From assembly GCA_965248575.1 (NCBI GenBank), contig CBDFJQ010000002.1, positions 4,096,001 to 4,160,000 of the forward strand: DNA of 64,000 nucleotides, written 5' to 3'. The position numbers and the translations under genes were made by a program. This DNA comes from Planctomycetota bacterium. GTDB lineage: Bacteria > Planctomycetota > B15-G4. Of this stretch, positions 1 to 9,677 are shown one piece after another (the first letter of the stretch is position 1; each line of letters begins with the position of its first letter). The notes beneath the pieces are model-generated. The model was not told where the DNA came from and searched no databases. It saw only the letters and a program-made list of their open reading frames with translations.

Positions 1-618
1 GACAACCGGCCGTTGCCCAACACCGTGCTCGTCTACGGCTTGGGTGAGGGCGGCATGGGCAACTACATCGACGAAGCGGCCCTGCGTCCGCCGGTCTTCC
101 GCGGCCAAGGTGGCAAGGTGAACCCCGACTGGCTCTTCGAGTTTCTGCTCGATCCGTACATCGTCCGAACGCATGTCGAAGTGCGCATGCCGACGTTCGG
201 TCTCACCTCTGCCGAGTCCCTGGCCCTGGTGCGTTGGTTCGCTGCCCAGGATGACCAGCCCTGGCCCTTCGAGGTGGATGACGACCCCGTCCTGGATCAA
301 GAGCTCTTCGATTTCGGCGAGTCCGTCTTCAACGAGTTCCAGTGCAACCAGTGCCACCCCTCGGGTGCCGCTTTGCCCAGCAACCCGGAGAAGGGCAACT
401 GGGGCCCGGACCTGGCCTTGGCCTCGGAGCGCCTGAAGTCCGGTTGGGTTCACGGTTGGCTGGAAGATCCCCAACAGCTCGCTCCCGGAACCCGGATGCC
501 GAACTTCTTCGGCGAGTTCGGCGACAACGAGTACACCTCGTACTACGACGATTGGGCCGAGCGCGTGCGCGCCGTGCAGCACTATCTGAAGCACATGGAT
601 GCGGCAGGAGACTCTTAG
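1..618 (+). CDS. c-type cytochrome, C-terminal fragment (5' truncated by window edge)
   Basis: Frame is open from base 1. It has a CNQCH heme-binding motif and two RMP Met-ligand motifs (VRMPTF, PGTRMPNF), suggesting at least two class I cytochrome c domains. Confidence 0.85.
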   Translation, partial: DNRPLPNTVLVYGLGEGGMGNYIDEAALRPPVFRGQGGKVNPDWLFEFLLDPYIVRTHVEVRMPTFGLTSAESLALVRWFAAQDDQPWPFEVDDDPVLDQELFDFGESVFNEFQCNQCHPSGAALPSNPEKGNWGPDLALASERLKSGWVHGWLEDPQQLAPGTRMPNFFGEFGDNEYTSYYDDWAERVRAVQHYLKHMDAAGDS

Positions 619-646
619 CTCCTAGCTGGATTCGCCCCAATCGCCA

Positions 647-702
647 TAGGCCCCATGCGCTAAGCCCCATGCGCTAGGCCACGTGCGCTAGGCCACGTGC
701 GC
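647..702. repeat. Four tandem 14-bp repeats (TAGGCCCCATGCGC, TAAGCCCCATGCGC, TAGGCCACGTGCGC x2)
   Basis: Read directly in the gap between the convergent cytochrome and rsgA genes. Confidence 0.9.
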
Positions 703-849
703 TCACCATGCGTTAGCATGGGAGCACTGCTTCCCGCCGTCGGGCGGGGCCACCAGTCACGCTTCCTCCGTTTTGACAAACACGCGGCGGTGCCATGCCT
801 ACAACGCATGGTGCCGCCGCGCTGTCGTTCGGGCCCGGCTGCGCGGCTC

Positions 850-1917
850 CTAGGCCGTGCCCTCCAGCTCTTCGAGGATGCGCAGGTAGCCCTCATAGCG
901 GGCCGGGTCGAAGAGCTCTTCGTCCACGGCATCGATCACTGCGCACTCGGGTTCGTCCTGGTGCAGGCAATTGGTGAACTTGCACATCTCGGGCAGCCGG
1001 CCGAAGCCCGGGAACAGTCGCGCGAGCTCCGCCGGGGGGATGTCATCCAGGCCGAACTCACGGATGCCCGGGGTGTCCACCACCCAGCCCCCTGCCTGCA
1101 GGGGCTTGAGGGAGACACGCGTGGTGGTGTGGCGACCTCGGCCGTGATGAGTCGTGACGCGGCCGACGCTGAGGCGCAGGCCGGGGCTGACGGCGTTGAG
1201 CAGGCTGGACTTGCCCACGCCTGAGTGGCCCACGAGCAGGCTGATGCCCTCACTCATCTCCTCGCGCAGGCCCTCGATGCCCGTGCCAGTCTCGGCGCTG
1301 GTGATGTGCATGGGCAACCGCTCTCGGGCATAGGGCTCCAGGCACTGGGCGGCCAGCTCGATGCCGTCCTCTTCCAGATCCACCTTGTTCACGACGATGA
1401 CCGCATCGATGCCCTCCATGTCGGTGGCCACCAGGAAGCGGTCCACGAGGCCCGGCCGGAAGGGTGGGTCGAAGAGGGCAGAGACTATGATCAGGCGGTC
1501 GATGTTCGCGGCGATGACCTGCACGGCGGACGTGCGGCCGCCGCGCCCCTTGGAGCGGGAGCCGTCGCGACCTGCGGGCTGGGGGCGTGCGAGGCGGTTG
1601 CGGCGCTGGCAGATCTCCTCCACCACGCCATCGTCGTCCCCGTGCACCCGCACGACCACCCGGTCGCCTACGGCCACGGGCCGGCTCTCGTCCCGCTCGG
1701 CTGCCCAGACGTTGCCGCGCAGGGTGCAGCGCAGCCCCTTGTGCGCAGCGGGCGAAGTGTCGGGGGTTGGCTCGACAGCCGCTGCACTCTCGTGCGGCGA
1801 AGCCGCCGCACCATCCAGCCAGACACGAATGGAGCGGGAGCCCACCTCAGTGACGATTCCCTGCTGCGTGCCGCCCGCATCTCCCGCAGACGTCACGAAA
1901 TGCCGTCCGCTGCCCAA
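850..1917 (-). CDS. rsgA: Ribosome small subunit-dependent GTPase A
   Basis: OB-fold with VAVGDRVV; circularly permuted GTPase motifs NKVD, GHSGVGKSS, GRHTTT and DTPG; C-terminal Zn motif CKFTNCLHQDEPEC. Confidence 0.95.
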   Translation of the reverse strand: MGSGRHFVTSAGDAGGTQQGIVTEVGSRSIRVWLDGAAASPHESAAAVEPTPDTSPAAHKGLRCTLRGNVWAAERDESRPVAVGDRVVVRVHGDDDGVVEEICQRRNRLARPQPAGRDGSRSKGRGGRTSAVQVIAANIDRLIIVSALFDPPFRPGLVDRFLVATDMEGIDAVIVVNKVDLEEDGIELAAQCLEPYARERLPMHITSAETGTGIEGLREEMSEGISLLVGHSGVGKSSLLNAVSPGLRLSVGRVTTHHGRGRHTTTRVSLKPLQAGGWVVDTPGIREFGLDDIPPAELARLFPGFGRLPEMCKFTNCLHQDEPECAVIDAVDEELFDPARYEGYLRILEELEGTA

Positions 1918-1942
1918 GATGCCGTGACCCGCTGACCCATGC

Positions 1943-3361
1943 TCAACGCTTGCGCGGGCGGATATAGCCCTGGAGCGTGCGCTTGTACGCAGGGGGTGCT
2001 GGCGGCTTCTTGGTCTCGGCGGTGACGGTCCTCACGCTGCTCTCGAAGCCGTCGTACTGGGCCGAAGGGATGATCTGGTTGATGAGCTTCTCGATGCCCG
2101 TCAGGAACTGACCGTCCTCCGGGGTGACGAAGGTCGCGGCCCGGCCCCGCTTGCCCATGCGCGCGGTGCGGCCGATGCGGTGCACGTAGTCTTCGGCGTT
2201 CTCGGGGATGTCGAAGTTGATGACGTGGCTCACATCCGAGATGTCGATGCCGCGCGCCGCCACATCCGTCGCGATGAGGTACGGGAACTTACCCTCCCGG
2301 AAGTCAGCCAGGATCCGCTCGCGCTTCTTCTGGGGTAGCCCGCTGTGGATCTCCTGCGCCCCGAGATTGCGCTTCTGCAGGCGCTCGGCCAGGCGGTCGG
2401 CGCCGATCTTCGTGCGCGTGAAGATGATGGAGCGCTCAGGCTTCTCGCGCTTCAGGATTTCGATCAGCAGCTTGGTCTTCAGGGTGCGGTCCACCGAGAA
2501 GAGGCTTTGGTCCACCTCCTCCACGGTCATCTTGTCGGGCGCGAGGAAGACCTGCGCCGGGTCGTTCATGTAGCGCGCGGCGAGGTTCAGGACCTCATCG
2601 GAGAGGGTGGCGCTGAACAGCATGGTCTGACGCCGGCCAGGAGCCTGGCGCATGATCTTGTCGATGTCGTCCCGGAAGCCGAGATCGAACATGCGGTCCG
2701 CCTCGTCCAGGATGAGCATGTCCAGGTCGGACACCTTGATGGTGCCGCGTCCCATGTGATCCATGAGACGACCCGGGGTGGCCGCCAGCACCTTGGGGTC
2801 CTTCTTCAGCTCGTCGAGCTGGTTCTTCATGGGGTCGCCGCCGTAGATGGCGAGACAACGCACGTCCATGAAGTGCCCGAGCCGCTTGCCCTCGGCGGCG
2901 ACCTGCATGGCGAGCTCGCGGGTGGGGACGACCACGAGCACACGTGGGCCCGGTCGATCCGTGAGCATCTGCAAAGAGGGGACCAGGAAGGCGGCGGTCT
3001 TGCCCGTCCCGGTTCGTGCCTGCCCGATGATGTCACGCTCTTCGAGCGCGTGGGGCAGTGTGCGAGCCTGGATCGGCGAGGGCGTCTTGTAGCCGGTGCG
3101 GGCAAGGCCTCGGACCAGCTCGGGCTTCAGGTTGAACTCGGCGAAGGCGCAGTCTTCGACCGGAACGCCGATCTGTTCGTCCTTCTGCTCAGTCGAATTG
3201 TCGACCTGTTGGTCGTTCCCCTCGGCGGAAGTCGAATCCGCCGGGGAGCCAGCCTCCGGCCCCGAGGCTGATTCGGACGAGGGGGCAGCGCCTCCGGCAC
3301 GAGGGGACGAGCGGCGACGACGCCGCGTACGGGCCGGCTTGCGGGGAGATTCCTCGGACAT
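1943..3361 (-). CDS. DEAD-box ATP-dependent RNA helicase
   Basis: Q motif PSPIQ, ARTGTGKT, PTRELA, TPGR, DEAD, SAT, ARGID and HRIGRTAR. Start placed at ATG 3361 (MSEESP); N-terminus is low-complexity. Confidence 0.95.
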   Translation of the reverse strand: MSEESPRKPARTRRRRRSSPRAGGAAPSSESASGPEAGSPADSTSAEGNDQQVDNSTEQKDEQIGVPVEDCAFAEFNLKPELVRGLARTGYKTPSPIQARTLPHALEERDIIGQARTGTGKTAAFLVPSLQMLTDRPGPRVLVVVPTRELAMQVAAEGKRLGHFMDVRCLAIYGGDPMKNQLDELKKDPKVLAATPGRLMDHMGRGTIKVSDLDMLILDEADRMFDLGFRDDIDKIMRQAPGRRQTMLFSATLSDEVLNLAARYMNDPAQVFLAPDKMTVEEVDQSLFSVDRTLKTKLLIEILKREKPERSIIFTRTKIGADRLAERLQKRNLGAQEIHSGLPQKKRERILADFREGKFPYLIATDVAARGIDISDVSHVINFDIPENAEDYVHRIGRTARMGKRGRAATFVTPEDGQFLTGIEKLINQIIPSAQYDGFESSVRTVTAETKKPPAPPAYKRTLQGYIRPRKR

Positions 3362-3534
3362 GTCCAACTCAAGTGGGGGATCGGACGGGCGCGCCTCAGG
3401 CGCACACGCGGTCTTGCACAACACACGATGCCGTCTGAACAGCGCTTTTCACAAGTCTCGGAGGGGTTCGAAGCTCAAAGAGGTGGGTCCGTTATCCTCA
3501 CCCAGCCCGTTTCCCGGAGCCCTCGGTAGCCGCT

Positions 3535-4710
3535 GTGACGACATCCCAAGACAACTCCCGGCGCCTCGGCTACTGCACGAATGTGCACCCCTACTCCGAC
3601 CTGTCCGGGATGCTCCAGGCCCTGGAGAGCTGCGCAGCACCGGTTCGGGAGCGACTCGTGGCCCGCGGCCGACTGGGCTCGGATGAGCCCCTGGGTGTCG
3701 GTCTCTGGTTTCCCGCAGCCGTGGCGGCAGAGGTTGCCAAGGATCCCGGCCCACTTGCAGCTCATCTGCAGCGCTGGAAGCTGGACGCTTTCACGGTGAA
3801 CGCCTTCCCCCACGGCGTCTTCCATGGAGACGTGGTGAAGGATGCGGTCTTCCGGCCGGCGTGGGGTGAGCACGAACGACTGCGCTACACCTTGGAGGCA
3901 GCGCGAGCCCTGGCGGGCCTCCTGCCCGAGGGCGCGACCGGCTCCCTGAGCACCCACACGGGAGCCTACAAGGCTTGGGGACCGCCTCTCGCCGACGGGG
4001 CGGCCATTGCTAAGGGGCTCCTGAAGGCCGCGGACGGATTGGCCCGCCTGGAGGACGAGACAGGTCGCCGCATCGTCTTGGGCCTCGAACCGGAGCCTCT
4101 CTCCTTTCTTGAAACGACCCCGGAGGTGATCCGGTTCTTCGAGCGCCACCTGCATCCGACGGGCGAGGCTGCGCGCCGTTACCTCGGGCTCTGCTACGAC
4201 GCCTGCCACCAGGCGGTGGAATTCGAGGACATGGCCGAGTCCCTGCGAGCCCTGCGCGAGGCGGGTGTCCCGCTGGCCAAGGTGCAGTTGTCTTCGGCGA
4301 TCCGCCTTCCCGCGCCTCAGACGGATCGTGCGCTGCTGGAGCCGCTCTCCCAGGACCGCTGGTTCCATCAGGTGGTCGCACGCATGACGGACGGCGATCT
4401 GGTGCGTTACCCCGATTTGCCCGTGGCCTTGGCGGACGCCTCGGAAGCCGCTGCGGATGAGTGGCGGGTTCACTATCACGTGCCCATTTTTGCCGATCGC
4501 CTGGACGCCGAGAGCCGACTGATGACGACCCGGCCGCAGCTGGAGGAGCTCATGGCGCTGCTGGCTGCCGAGGAGGGGCCGTTACACGCAGAAATCGAGA
4601 CCTACACCTGGCATGCCATCCCGGCGGAACGTCGAGCGGCGCTGGGGGTTCATACCCTCACGGACTGTCTCGAGCAGGAGTTCCTATGGGCCATGGACCA
4701 CCTCGGCTGA
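3535..4710 (+). CDS. eboE: EboE-like TIM-barrel metabolite traffic protein
   Basis: GYCTNVHP, NAFPHGVFH..VKDAV, LEPEP, CYDACHQAVEFE, KVQLSSA, WRVHYHVP and EIETYTW motifs typical of EboE. Confidence 0.85.
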   Translation: MTTSQDNSRRLGYCTNVHPYSDLSGMLQALESCAAPVRERLVARGRLGSDEPLGVGLWFPAAVAAEVAKDPGPLAAHLQRWKLDAFTVNAFPHGVFHGDVVKDAVFRPAWGEHERLRYTLEAARALAGLLPEGATGSLSTHTGAYKAWGPPLADGAAIAKGLLKAADGLARLEDETGRRIVLGLEPEPLSFLETTPEVIRFFERHLHPTGEAARRYLGLCYDACHQAVEFEDMAESLRALREAGVPLAKVQLSSAIRLPAPQTDRALLEPLSQDRWFHQVVARMTDGDLVRYPDLPVALADASEAAADEWRVHYHVPIFADRLDAESRLMTTRPQLEELMALLAAEEGPLHAEIETYTWHAIPAERRAALGVHTLTDCLEQEFLWAMDHLG

Positions 4711-4832
4711 CAGCCTGCGCCATGGGGCAGCCCCGTCGCTGGCTCAGATTATCCCTGTCACTCGCGTCGACCTTTGCCGTCATGCGAAAGTGCTCGGCCC
4801 TTGTTTGGGAATGTCCCGGAGAGAAACACACC

Positions 4833-6401
4833 ATGAATCTGGCTGCCGTCGCACAGGGGCTCCTGTGCAGCGCACTCCTGTCGTCCCCGCTGGCTTTGGC
4901 CTCGGTCCCGGCCCTGGCCGCCACCGTGACTTCCGAAGACGGGGACGTGGCACGGGATGAGGCCCTGTCCTCCTTGATGAAGTCCGCCTTCCCGGCGGGC
5001 CGGCCCCCGGTGAACGTTCACGGAAGCGGCAGTCGGGAGGCTTTCTTGGACCTGCTCTCGAGTGACCTGTTCCTCCACGCCGCCATCGGGCCCTTCGATG
5101 TGTTCGTGATGAAGGCAGACGCCCTGGCCTCCGAGGCAGAGGCGCGCAAGGTGCTCACCCAGGCCACGGCTGGGCTCGAACCCGCAGTGAGGGTGATGCG
5201 TCGCTACTTCGGCGGCGAGGCAGGTCTCGTCTCAGGCCGACGCTTTCCCATCGCACTGGCCAGCTCCGACGGCAGTGACTCCCAGCCGGCCTTCGCCCAA
5301 CTCGTGGCGCTGCTGGACTGGGCGGAGGATGACTACACCGCCTGGAAGCCCGCCGGCAATGCGGTCTGGGACATGGAGCTCCTGCAGGCCGAGACCGTAC
5401 GGACCTGGGAAGTGCAGCTCTTCAACCTGGCCCATGAAACTGTGGCTGGGCACGGCAGCTCGTTCTTCGAGCACGGTCTGGGTTACTACAGCCTGGCGCA
5501 TGTGGCAGCGCGCGTCCTGCGCCAGGGCTCGTGGGGCTTGGTGCCTCCTTGGTTGGCCCAGGGGCTCATCGACGAATTGGACATCGCTGCCTACGGCGAG
5601 GCCTGGGTGGGTGGTGACTGGTGGGAACGACAGACGGAAGGGTGGTTTCGTCCCGGTTGGTCCGGTTTCGTTCCCCAGGGCTCGTCGCCACCGCCACCGG
5701 TCACAGGGCCTCCAGCCAACCTGGCGGTCACTGTCTCGAAGACGGGCGACAGTTGGCAGCACCGCGCCAACAGCCGCACGCGGCATTGGACGGAACTGGT
5801 GGCGGACGGCGACAGCGAGGCACCGGCCAGTTTCCTTTTCATGGCGGAGCACGAGAGCTTCTTGCCGCGGGATCGTGCGTACGCGAGATGCCTGCTGCAC
5901 CTCTTGATGGAGATCGCGCCCAGCCAGCAAGGCCTCCTCTCGGAGCAGCTGGACCGGATTCCCTCCACGCCTCCGAGTGGCATGCCCGATGCCGACCCCA
6001 TCACGGTCGTGCTGAACCGCTTGCTGGGGGGCGTGCCTGAGGTGGACGCCCTGGAGGCCATGCCCCTACGCGAGTTGATCCAGGTGATCGAGCGGCCAGA
6101 GATCGGTGCGCAAATCGAGGCCTTGGGGGGCGAGGCGCTCTTGGATCTGGCGGACCATCGGCTGCAAGCGGATTGGCTCTTCCGGCAGTCTCCCGAGGAC
6201 CTGGAATGGGACACGCGCAATGAGCTGTGGCGCCTCATCCTCGAGGCGGAGTACTACCAGCAGCTGCACGAGTGGAAGCCGCTGGGCAAGGCCTTGGATC
6301 TGGCAGCCCGCGCTGCCTTTGAGGCCAGCCCCGGTTACCCGACCCGGGACAGTTCGCGGAAGCGGGCGGGGCAGGCCTTCTGGAGTGCCCTGGCCCGATA
6401 G
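4833..6401 (+). CDS. Secreted hypothetical protein, possible degenerate peptidase MA/gluzincin-like fold
   Basis: GGAGAG upstream of ATG 4833; signal-peptide-like N-terminus; PPWLAQGL resembles the PxWxxEG motif but there is no HExxH. Confidence 0.6.
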   Translation: MNLAAVAQGLLCSALLSSPLALASVPALAATVTSEDGDVARDEALSSLMKSAFPAGRPPVNVHGSGSREAFLDLLSSDLFLHAAIGPFDVFVMKADALASEAEARKVLTQATAGLEPAVRVMRRYFGGEAGLVSGRRFPIALASSDGSDSQPAFAQLVALLDWAEDDYTAWKPAGNAVWDMELLQAETVRTWEVQLFNLAHETVAGHGSSFFEHGLGYYSLAHVAARVLRQGSWGLVPPWLAQGLIDELDIAAYGEAWVGGDWWERQTEGWFRPGWSGFVPQGSSPPPPVTGPPANLAVTVSKTGDSWQHRANSRTRHWTELVADGDSEAPASFLFMAEHESFLPRDRAYARCLLHLLMEIAPSQQGLLSEQLDRIPSTPPSGMPDADPITVVLNRLLGGVPEVDALEAMPLRELIQVIERPEIGAQIEALGGEALLDLADHRLQADWLFRQSPEDLEWDTRNELWRLILEAEYYQQLHEWKPLGKALDLAARAAFEASPGYPTRDSSRKRAGQAFWSALAR

Positions 6402-6477
6402 GACTGGACTTGGGGACAGCCCGTGGCTGAACCCGTAGCTAGGCTGGCGGCTTCACGAAGGCACTTGGGAATCTAAG

Positions 6478-7938
6478 GTGACCGAATCACGAGACGCGGT
6501 TCCGCTTGAGCCCGACGTGGAACAGATGGAGAGCATGGGGCGTCAGGCCCTGGCTCGGGTGACGGAACATCTGGCGGCTCTGGCGCAGATGCCAGCTTGT
6601 GGCGATGTGGCAGCTGAGGAGTTGTGCAAGCAACTGGGCCAGGCCGAGAGCCCCGAGCAGGGCACACAGCTGGAGCCGCTTTTGGACTCCCTGTTCGATG
6701 ACTGGATCCCGCGTTCGTTCACGACACCGGGGCCCGGCTATCTGGCGTTCATCCCCGGAGGTGGGGTGTTCGCGTCGGCTCTTGCGGACCTGATCTCTGC
6801 GGGAACGAATCGCTACACCGGGGTCTGGCAAGCGGCACCCGTCCTGGTGCAACTCGAAGCCAACGTGCTGCGTTGGTTCGCCAAATGGATGGGCATGCCG
6901 GGCAGCGCCCGTGGCCTGCTGACGACCGGTGGTTCGCAGGCCAACTTCAGCGCCATCGTATGTGCACGGGAGAGTGTGCTTGGCACGGACTTGCGTGACG
7001 GAGTGTTGTACACCTCATCACAAGCGCATCTGTGTGTCCGCAAGTCGGCTCGCCTGGCGGGCATTCTCCCTGACCGGGTCCGCCTGGTTCCGGTGGATGC
7101 CAACTACCGCATGCGGATGGATGCGCTGGCAGAACTCGTAGCCGAGGATCGCGTGGCGGGACTGCGCCCGTTCTTGGTGGCGTCCTCCGCGGGCACCACC
7201 AACACCGGTGCCGTGGACCCCTTGGAGCAGATCGCTGACTTCTGCGAGCGAGAGCAGATTTGGCACCACGTGGATGGAGCCTACGGTGCGTTCTTCCATT
7301 TGTGCCCTGAGCTACAACCCTTGCTGAAGGGCTTGTCGCGCGCGGACTCCTTGGCGCTCGACCCGCACAAAGGGCTGTTCCTCCCCTATGGTTCGGGTGC
7401 ACTGCTGGTGCGCGATGGCGAAGCCCTGCGGGCTGCCCATGCCGCGACCGCGGAGTATCTGCCACCACCGCCGGGGCACGAGGAGTTCTACGACCCGAGC
7501 CAGTACGGCCCCGAGTTGTCCCGCGGCAATCGTGGCTTGCGGGTCTGGTTGCCACTGCAACTCCACGGGGTAGCGGCCTTCCGTTCGACGCTGCTCGAGA
7601 AGCGCGAGCTCGCCGTGGATGCGGCCCAGCGGGTTGCAGCCCTGCCGGGAGTGGTCATGGATGCGGAACCCCAGCTGTCCCTGTTCGCCTTCCATCTCAG
7701 CTGGCAAGGGGCTGACAAGGATTCCGAGAATCGGGCGACAGAAGACCTCCTGAATGGGGTCAACGCCCGTGGACGGGTCATGATCACCGGTTGCATGGTG
7801 GCGGGCCGTTACCTGGCGCGAGTGTGTGTCCTTTGTTTCCGAACGCACCAGGATCGAGTGGATGCGTGTGTCGAGGACATCGCCGCCGAGGCGGCCAGTC
7901 TCCTGACTGGAAAACGGGTACCCTCTTCGGACCTTTGA
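6478..7938 (+). CDS. Group II PLP-dependent (aromatic amino acid/glutamate-type) decarboxylase
   Basis: TGGSQAN, AGTTNTGAVD, HVDGAYG and LDPHKGL (PLP lysine). Confidence 0.9.
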   Translation: MTESRDAVPLEPDVEQMESMGRQALARVTEHLAALAQMPACGDVAAEELCKQLGQAESPEQGTQLEPLLDSLFDDWIPRSFTTPGPGYLAFIPGGGVFASALADLISAGTNRYTGVWQAAPVLVQLEANVLRWFAKWMGMPGSARGLLTTGGSQANFSAIVCARESVLGTDLRDGVLYTSSQAHLCVRKSARLAGILPDRVRLVPVDANYRMRMDALAELVAEDRVAGLRPFLVASSAGTTNTGAVDPLEQIADFCEREQIWHHVDGAYGAFFHLCPELQPLLKGLSRADSLALDPHKGLFLPYGSGALLVRDGEALRAAHAATAEYLPPPPGHEEFYDPSQYGPELSRGNRGLRVWLPLQLHGVAAFRSTLLEKRELAVDAAQRVAALPGVVMDAEPQLSLFAFHLSWQGADKDSENRATEDLLNGVNARGRVMITGCMVAGRYLARVCVLCFRTHQDRVDACVEDIAAEAASLLTGKRVPSSDL

Positions 7939-7962
7939 CCGGACCCTTGATCGGACATTTGA
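7927..7962 (+). repeat. Three tandem 12-bp repeats (TCGGACCTTTGA, CCGGACCCTTGA, TCGGACATTTGA) including the decarboxylase stop codon
   Basis: Read directly. Each unit ends in an in-frame TGA. Confidence 0.85.
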
Positions 7963-8025
7963 TCGGACCGACGGACCGAGTCTCCCTCCTCCCCCTCTCT
8001 CTCCCGAGACTTCGGAGTTTCGCCC

Positions 8026-9084
8026 GTGCTTGCTACCCGATTTTCGCGCGCCTTCTGCCTCGCAGCCTTGGCCATGTTGTGCGTCGACAGTGCCCCCCTC
8101 TTGGCCCAGGCGGGCCTGCCCGCCTTGCGCGCGAGCCCCGCAGCGAGTGTCACCCAGACCATTGGCTACACGGACGTGACCGTGAGCTTCCACCGGCCTG
8201 GTGTGAAGGGTCGTGAAGTGTTTGGGGGCCTGGTGTCGTTCGGCCAACTCTGGCGCGTGGGTGCCAACGAAAACACGACCCTCTCGCTGGCGTCGCCTGT
8301 GACCGTCAACGGACAGGACCTGGATGCGGGAACCTATGGGGTACACGTCATCCCGTTTCGCGACAAGGCGTGGACGGTGATCTTCAGCAAGCAGACGAAC
8401 CTTTGGGGCAGTATGGGCTACGCCAAGGAGCAGGACGCCTTGCGCCTTGAGATCGAGCCGGAAGACTCTGCTCTCACCGAACGCATGAACTTCGTCTTCT
8501 CGCCCGTCGACAACGAGCTGTGCGAGCTGCGTCTGGACTGGGCCGAGGTCAGCTTGCTCATGACCCTCCAGGTGGACTTGGACACCTCGCGCTTCTACGC
8601 CACGCGCACGCTGATCGAAGAGAGCGGTGCCGAGGATCCCGCTCTCTTGCAGAGCGCGGCCGAGTGGGCCGTCTCGAAGGGCGAGAGCCTCGAAGACGCA
8701 CTGGCTTGGATCAGCCAGGCCGTGGACCAGAAGAAGACCTTCACGAACCTGGGGATCAAGGCGCAGGTGCTGGAGAAGCTCGGTCGAACCGAAGAGGCCG
8801 CCCCGCTGAAGAAGGAAGCCTGGATGGTGGCCACGGAGGAAGACCTGAGCCGGGTAGGTGGGCAGCTCATGTCCAACCGCATGTACTCCGAGGCCGTTCC
8901 GATCTTCAAGTTGAGCGTGCGCAACAACCCGAAGTCCTGGAAGGCTCACGATCAGCTGGGCGAGGCGAGCCTCAAGTCGGGTGACAGAAACGGCGCCAAG
9001 GCGGCCTACTCCCGCGCGCTCGAGCTGGTGGACGACGAACCCACCCAGAAGCGCCTGCAGAAGGTGATCGACGAGCTCAGCTAG
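8026..9084 (+). CDS. DUF2911 domain protein with C-terminal TPR repeats, secreted
   Basis: Signal peptide; SPAASVTQTIG, RPGVKGR and WRVGANENT (DUF2911 signature); helical TPR tail. Confidence 0.85.
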   Translation: MLATRFSRAFCLAALAMLCVDSAPLLAQAGLPALRASPAASVTQTIGYTDVTVSFHRPGVKGREVFGGLVSFGQLWRVGANENTTLSLASPVTVNGQDLDAGTYGVHVIPFRDKAWTVIFSKQTNLWGSMGYAKEQDALRLEIEPEDSALTERMNFVFSPVDNELCELRLDWAEVSLLMTLQVDLDTSRFYATRTLIEESGAEDPALLQSAAEWAVSKGESLEDALAWISQAVDQKKTFTNLGIKAQVLEKLGRTEEAAPLKKEAWMVATEEDLSRVGGQLMSNRMYSEAVPIFKLSVRNNPKSWKAHDQLGEASLKSGDRNGAKAAYSRALELVDDEPTQKRLQKVIDELS

Positions 9085-9173
9085 CGGAAGCTGGTTGCCC
9101 GGGCAGCTCGCAAGAAGCGGCCGGATCGGGAACGAGGCTGAAGGAAGCTCTTCGCCGTGCCGATGGGAAGTCG

Positions 9174-9677
9174 ATGCTCGTCCTTCGACTCCTCTTCGTG
9201 GCGGCCTTGTTGCCCTATCTCGCCTGGCTGGTGGGCAGCTACGAGTACCACTTCCTGGACCATGTGAACCTGGCCATCCATGAGGCAGGGCACCTGCTCG
9301 CCCGCCCCTTCGGCCAGACGGTTCACATGCTGGGAGGGACGCTGCTCCAGCTGGTGGTGCCGCTGGTGTTCGTGGGCAATTTCTGGTGGCGTCGCCGGCG
9401 GTTCGATGCAGCGATCTGCCTGCTGTGGTTCGCCGAGAGCCTGATGTACACGGCGGCCTATCTGGGCGATGCCTATCTCATGCAGCTACCCCTGGTGGGG
9501 GGCGAGATCCACGATTGGAACTGGATGCTTTCGCGCTTCGGCTTGGTGCACTCCTGCACGAGCATTGCGCAGGGCGTGCACATCGTGGCCAGCCTCACGG
9601 CGCTGGGCAGCGTGCTCGGTGCAGGCTGGGCGGCGCTCGCTGAGCGTTCGTCTCAGCTGTCGGCGTCGAGGGTCTGA
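9174..9677 (+). CDS. Integral membrane protein, M50-like zinc metallopeptidase motif
   Basis: Several hydrophobic helices; IHEAGH (HExxH) and a downstream HDW. Start uncertain. Confidence 0.65.
   Translation: MLVLRLLFVAALLPYLAWLVGSYEYHFLDHVNLAIHEAGHLLARPFGQTVHMLGGTLLQLVVPLVFVGNFWWRRRRFDAAICLLWFAESLMYTAAYLGDAYLMQLPLVGGEIHDWNWMLSRFGLVHSCTSIAQGVHIVASLTALGSVLGAGWAALAERSSQLSASRV

Noticed and set aside
647..702. Possible mini-CRISPR array
   Set aside because: Units are contiguous 14-mers without spacers, and there are no cas genes in the window.
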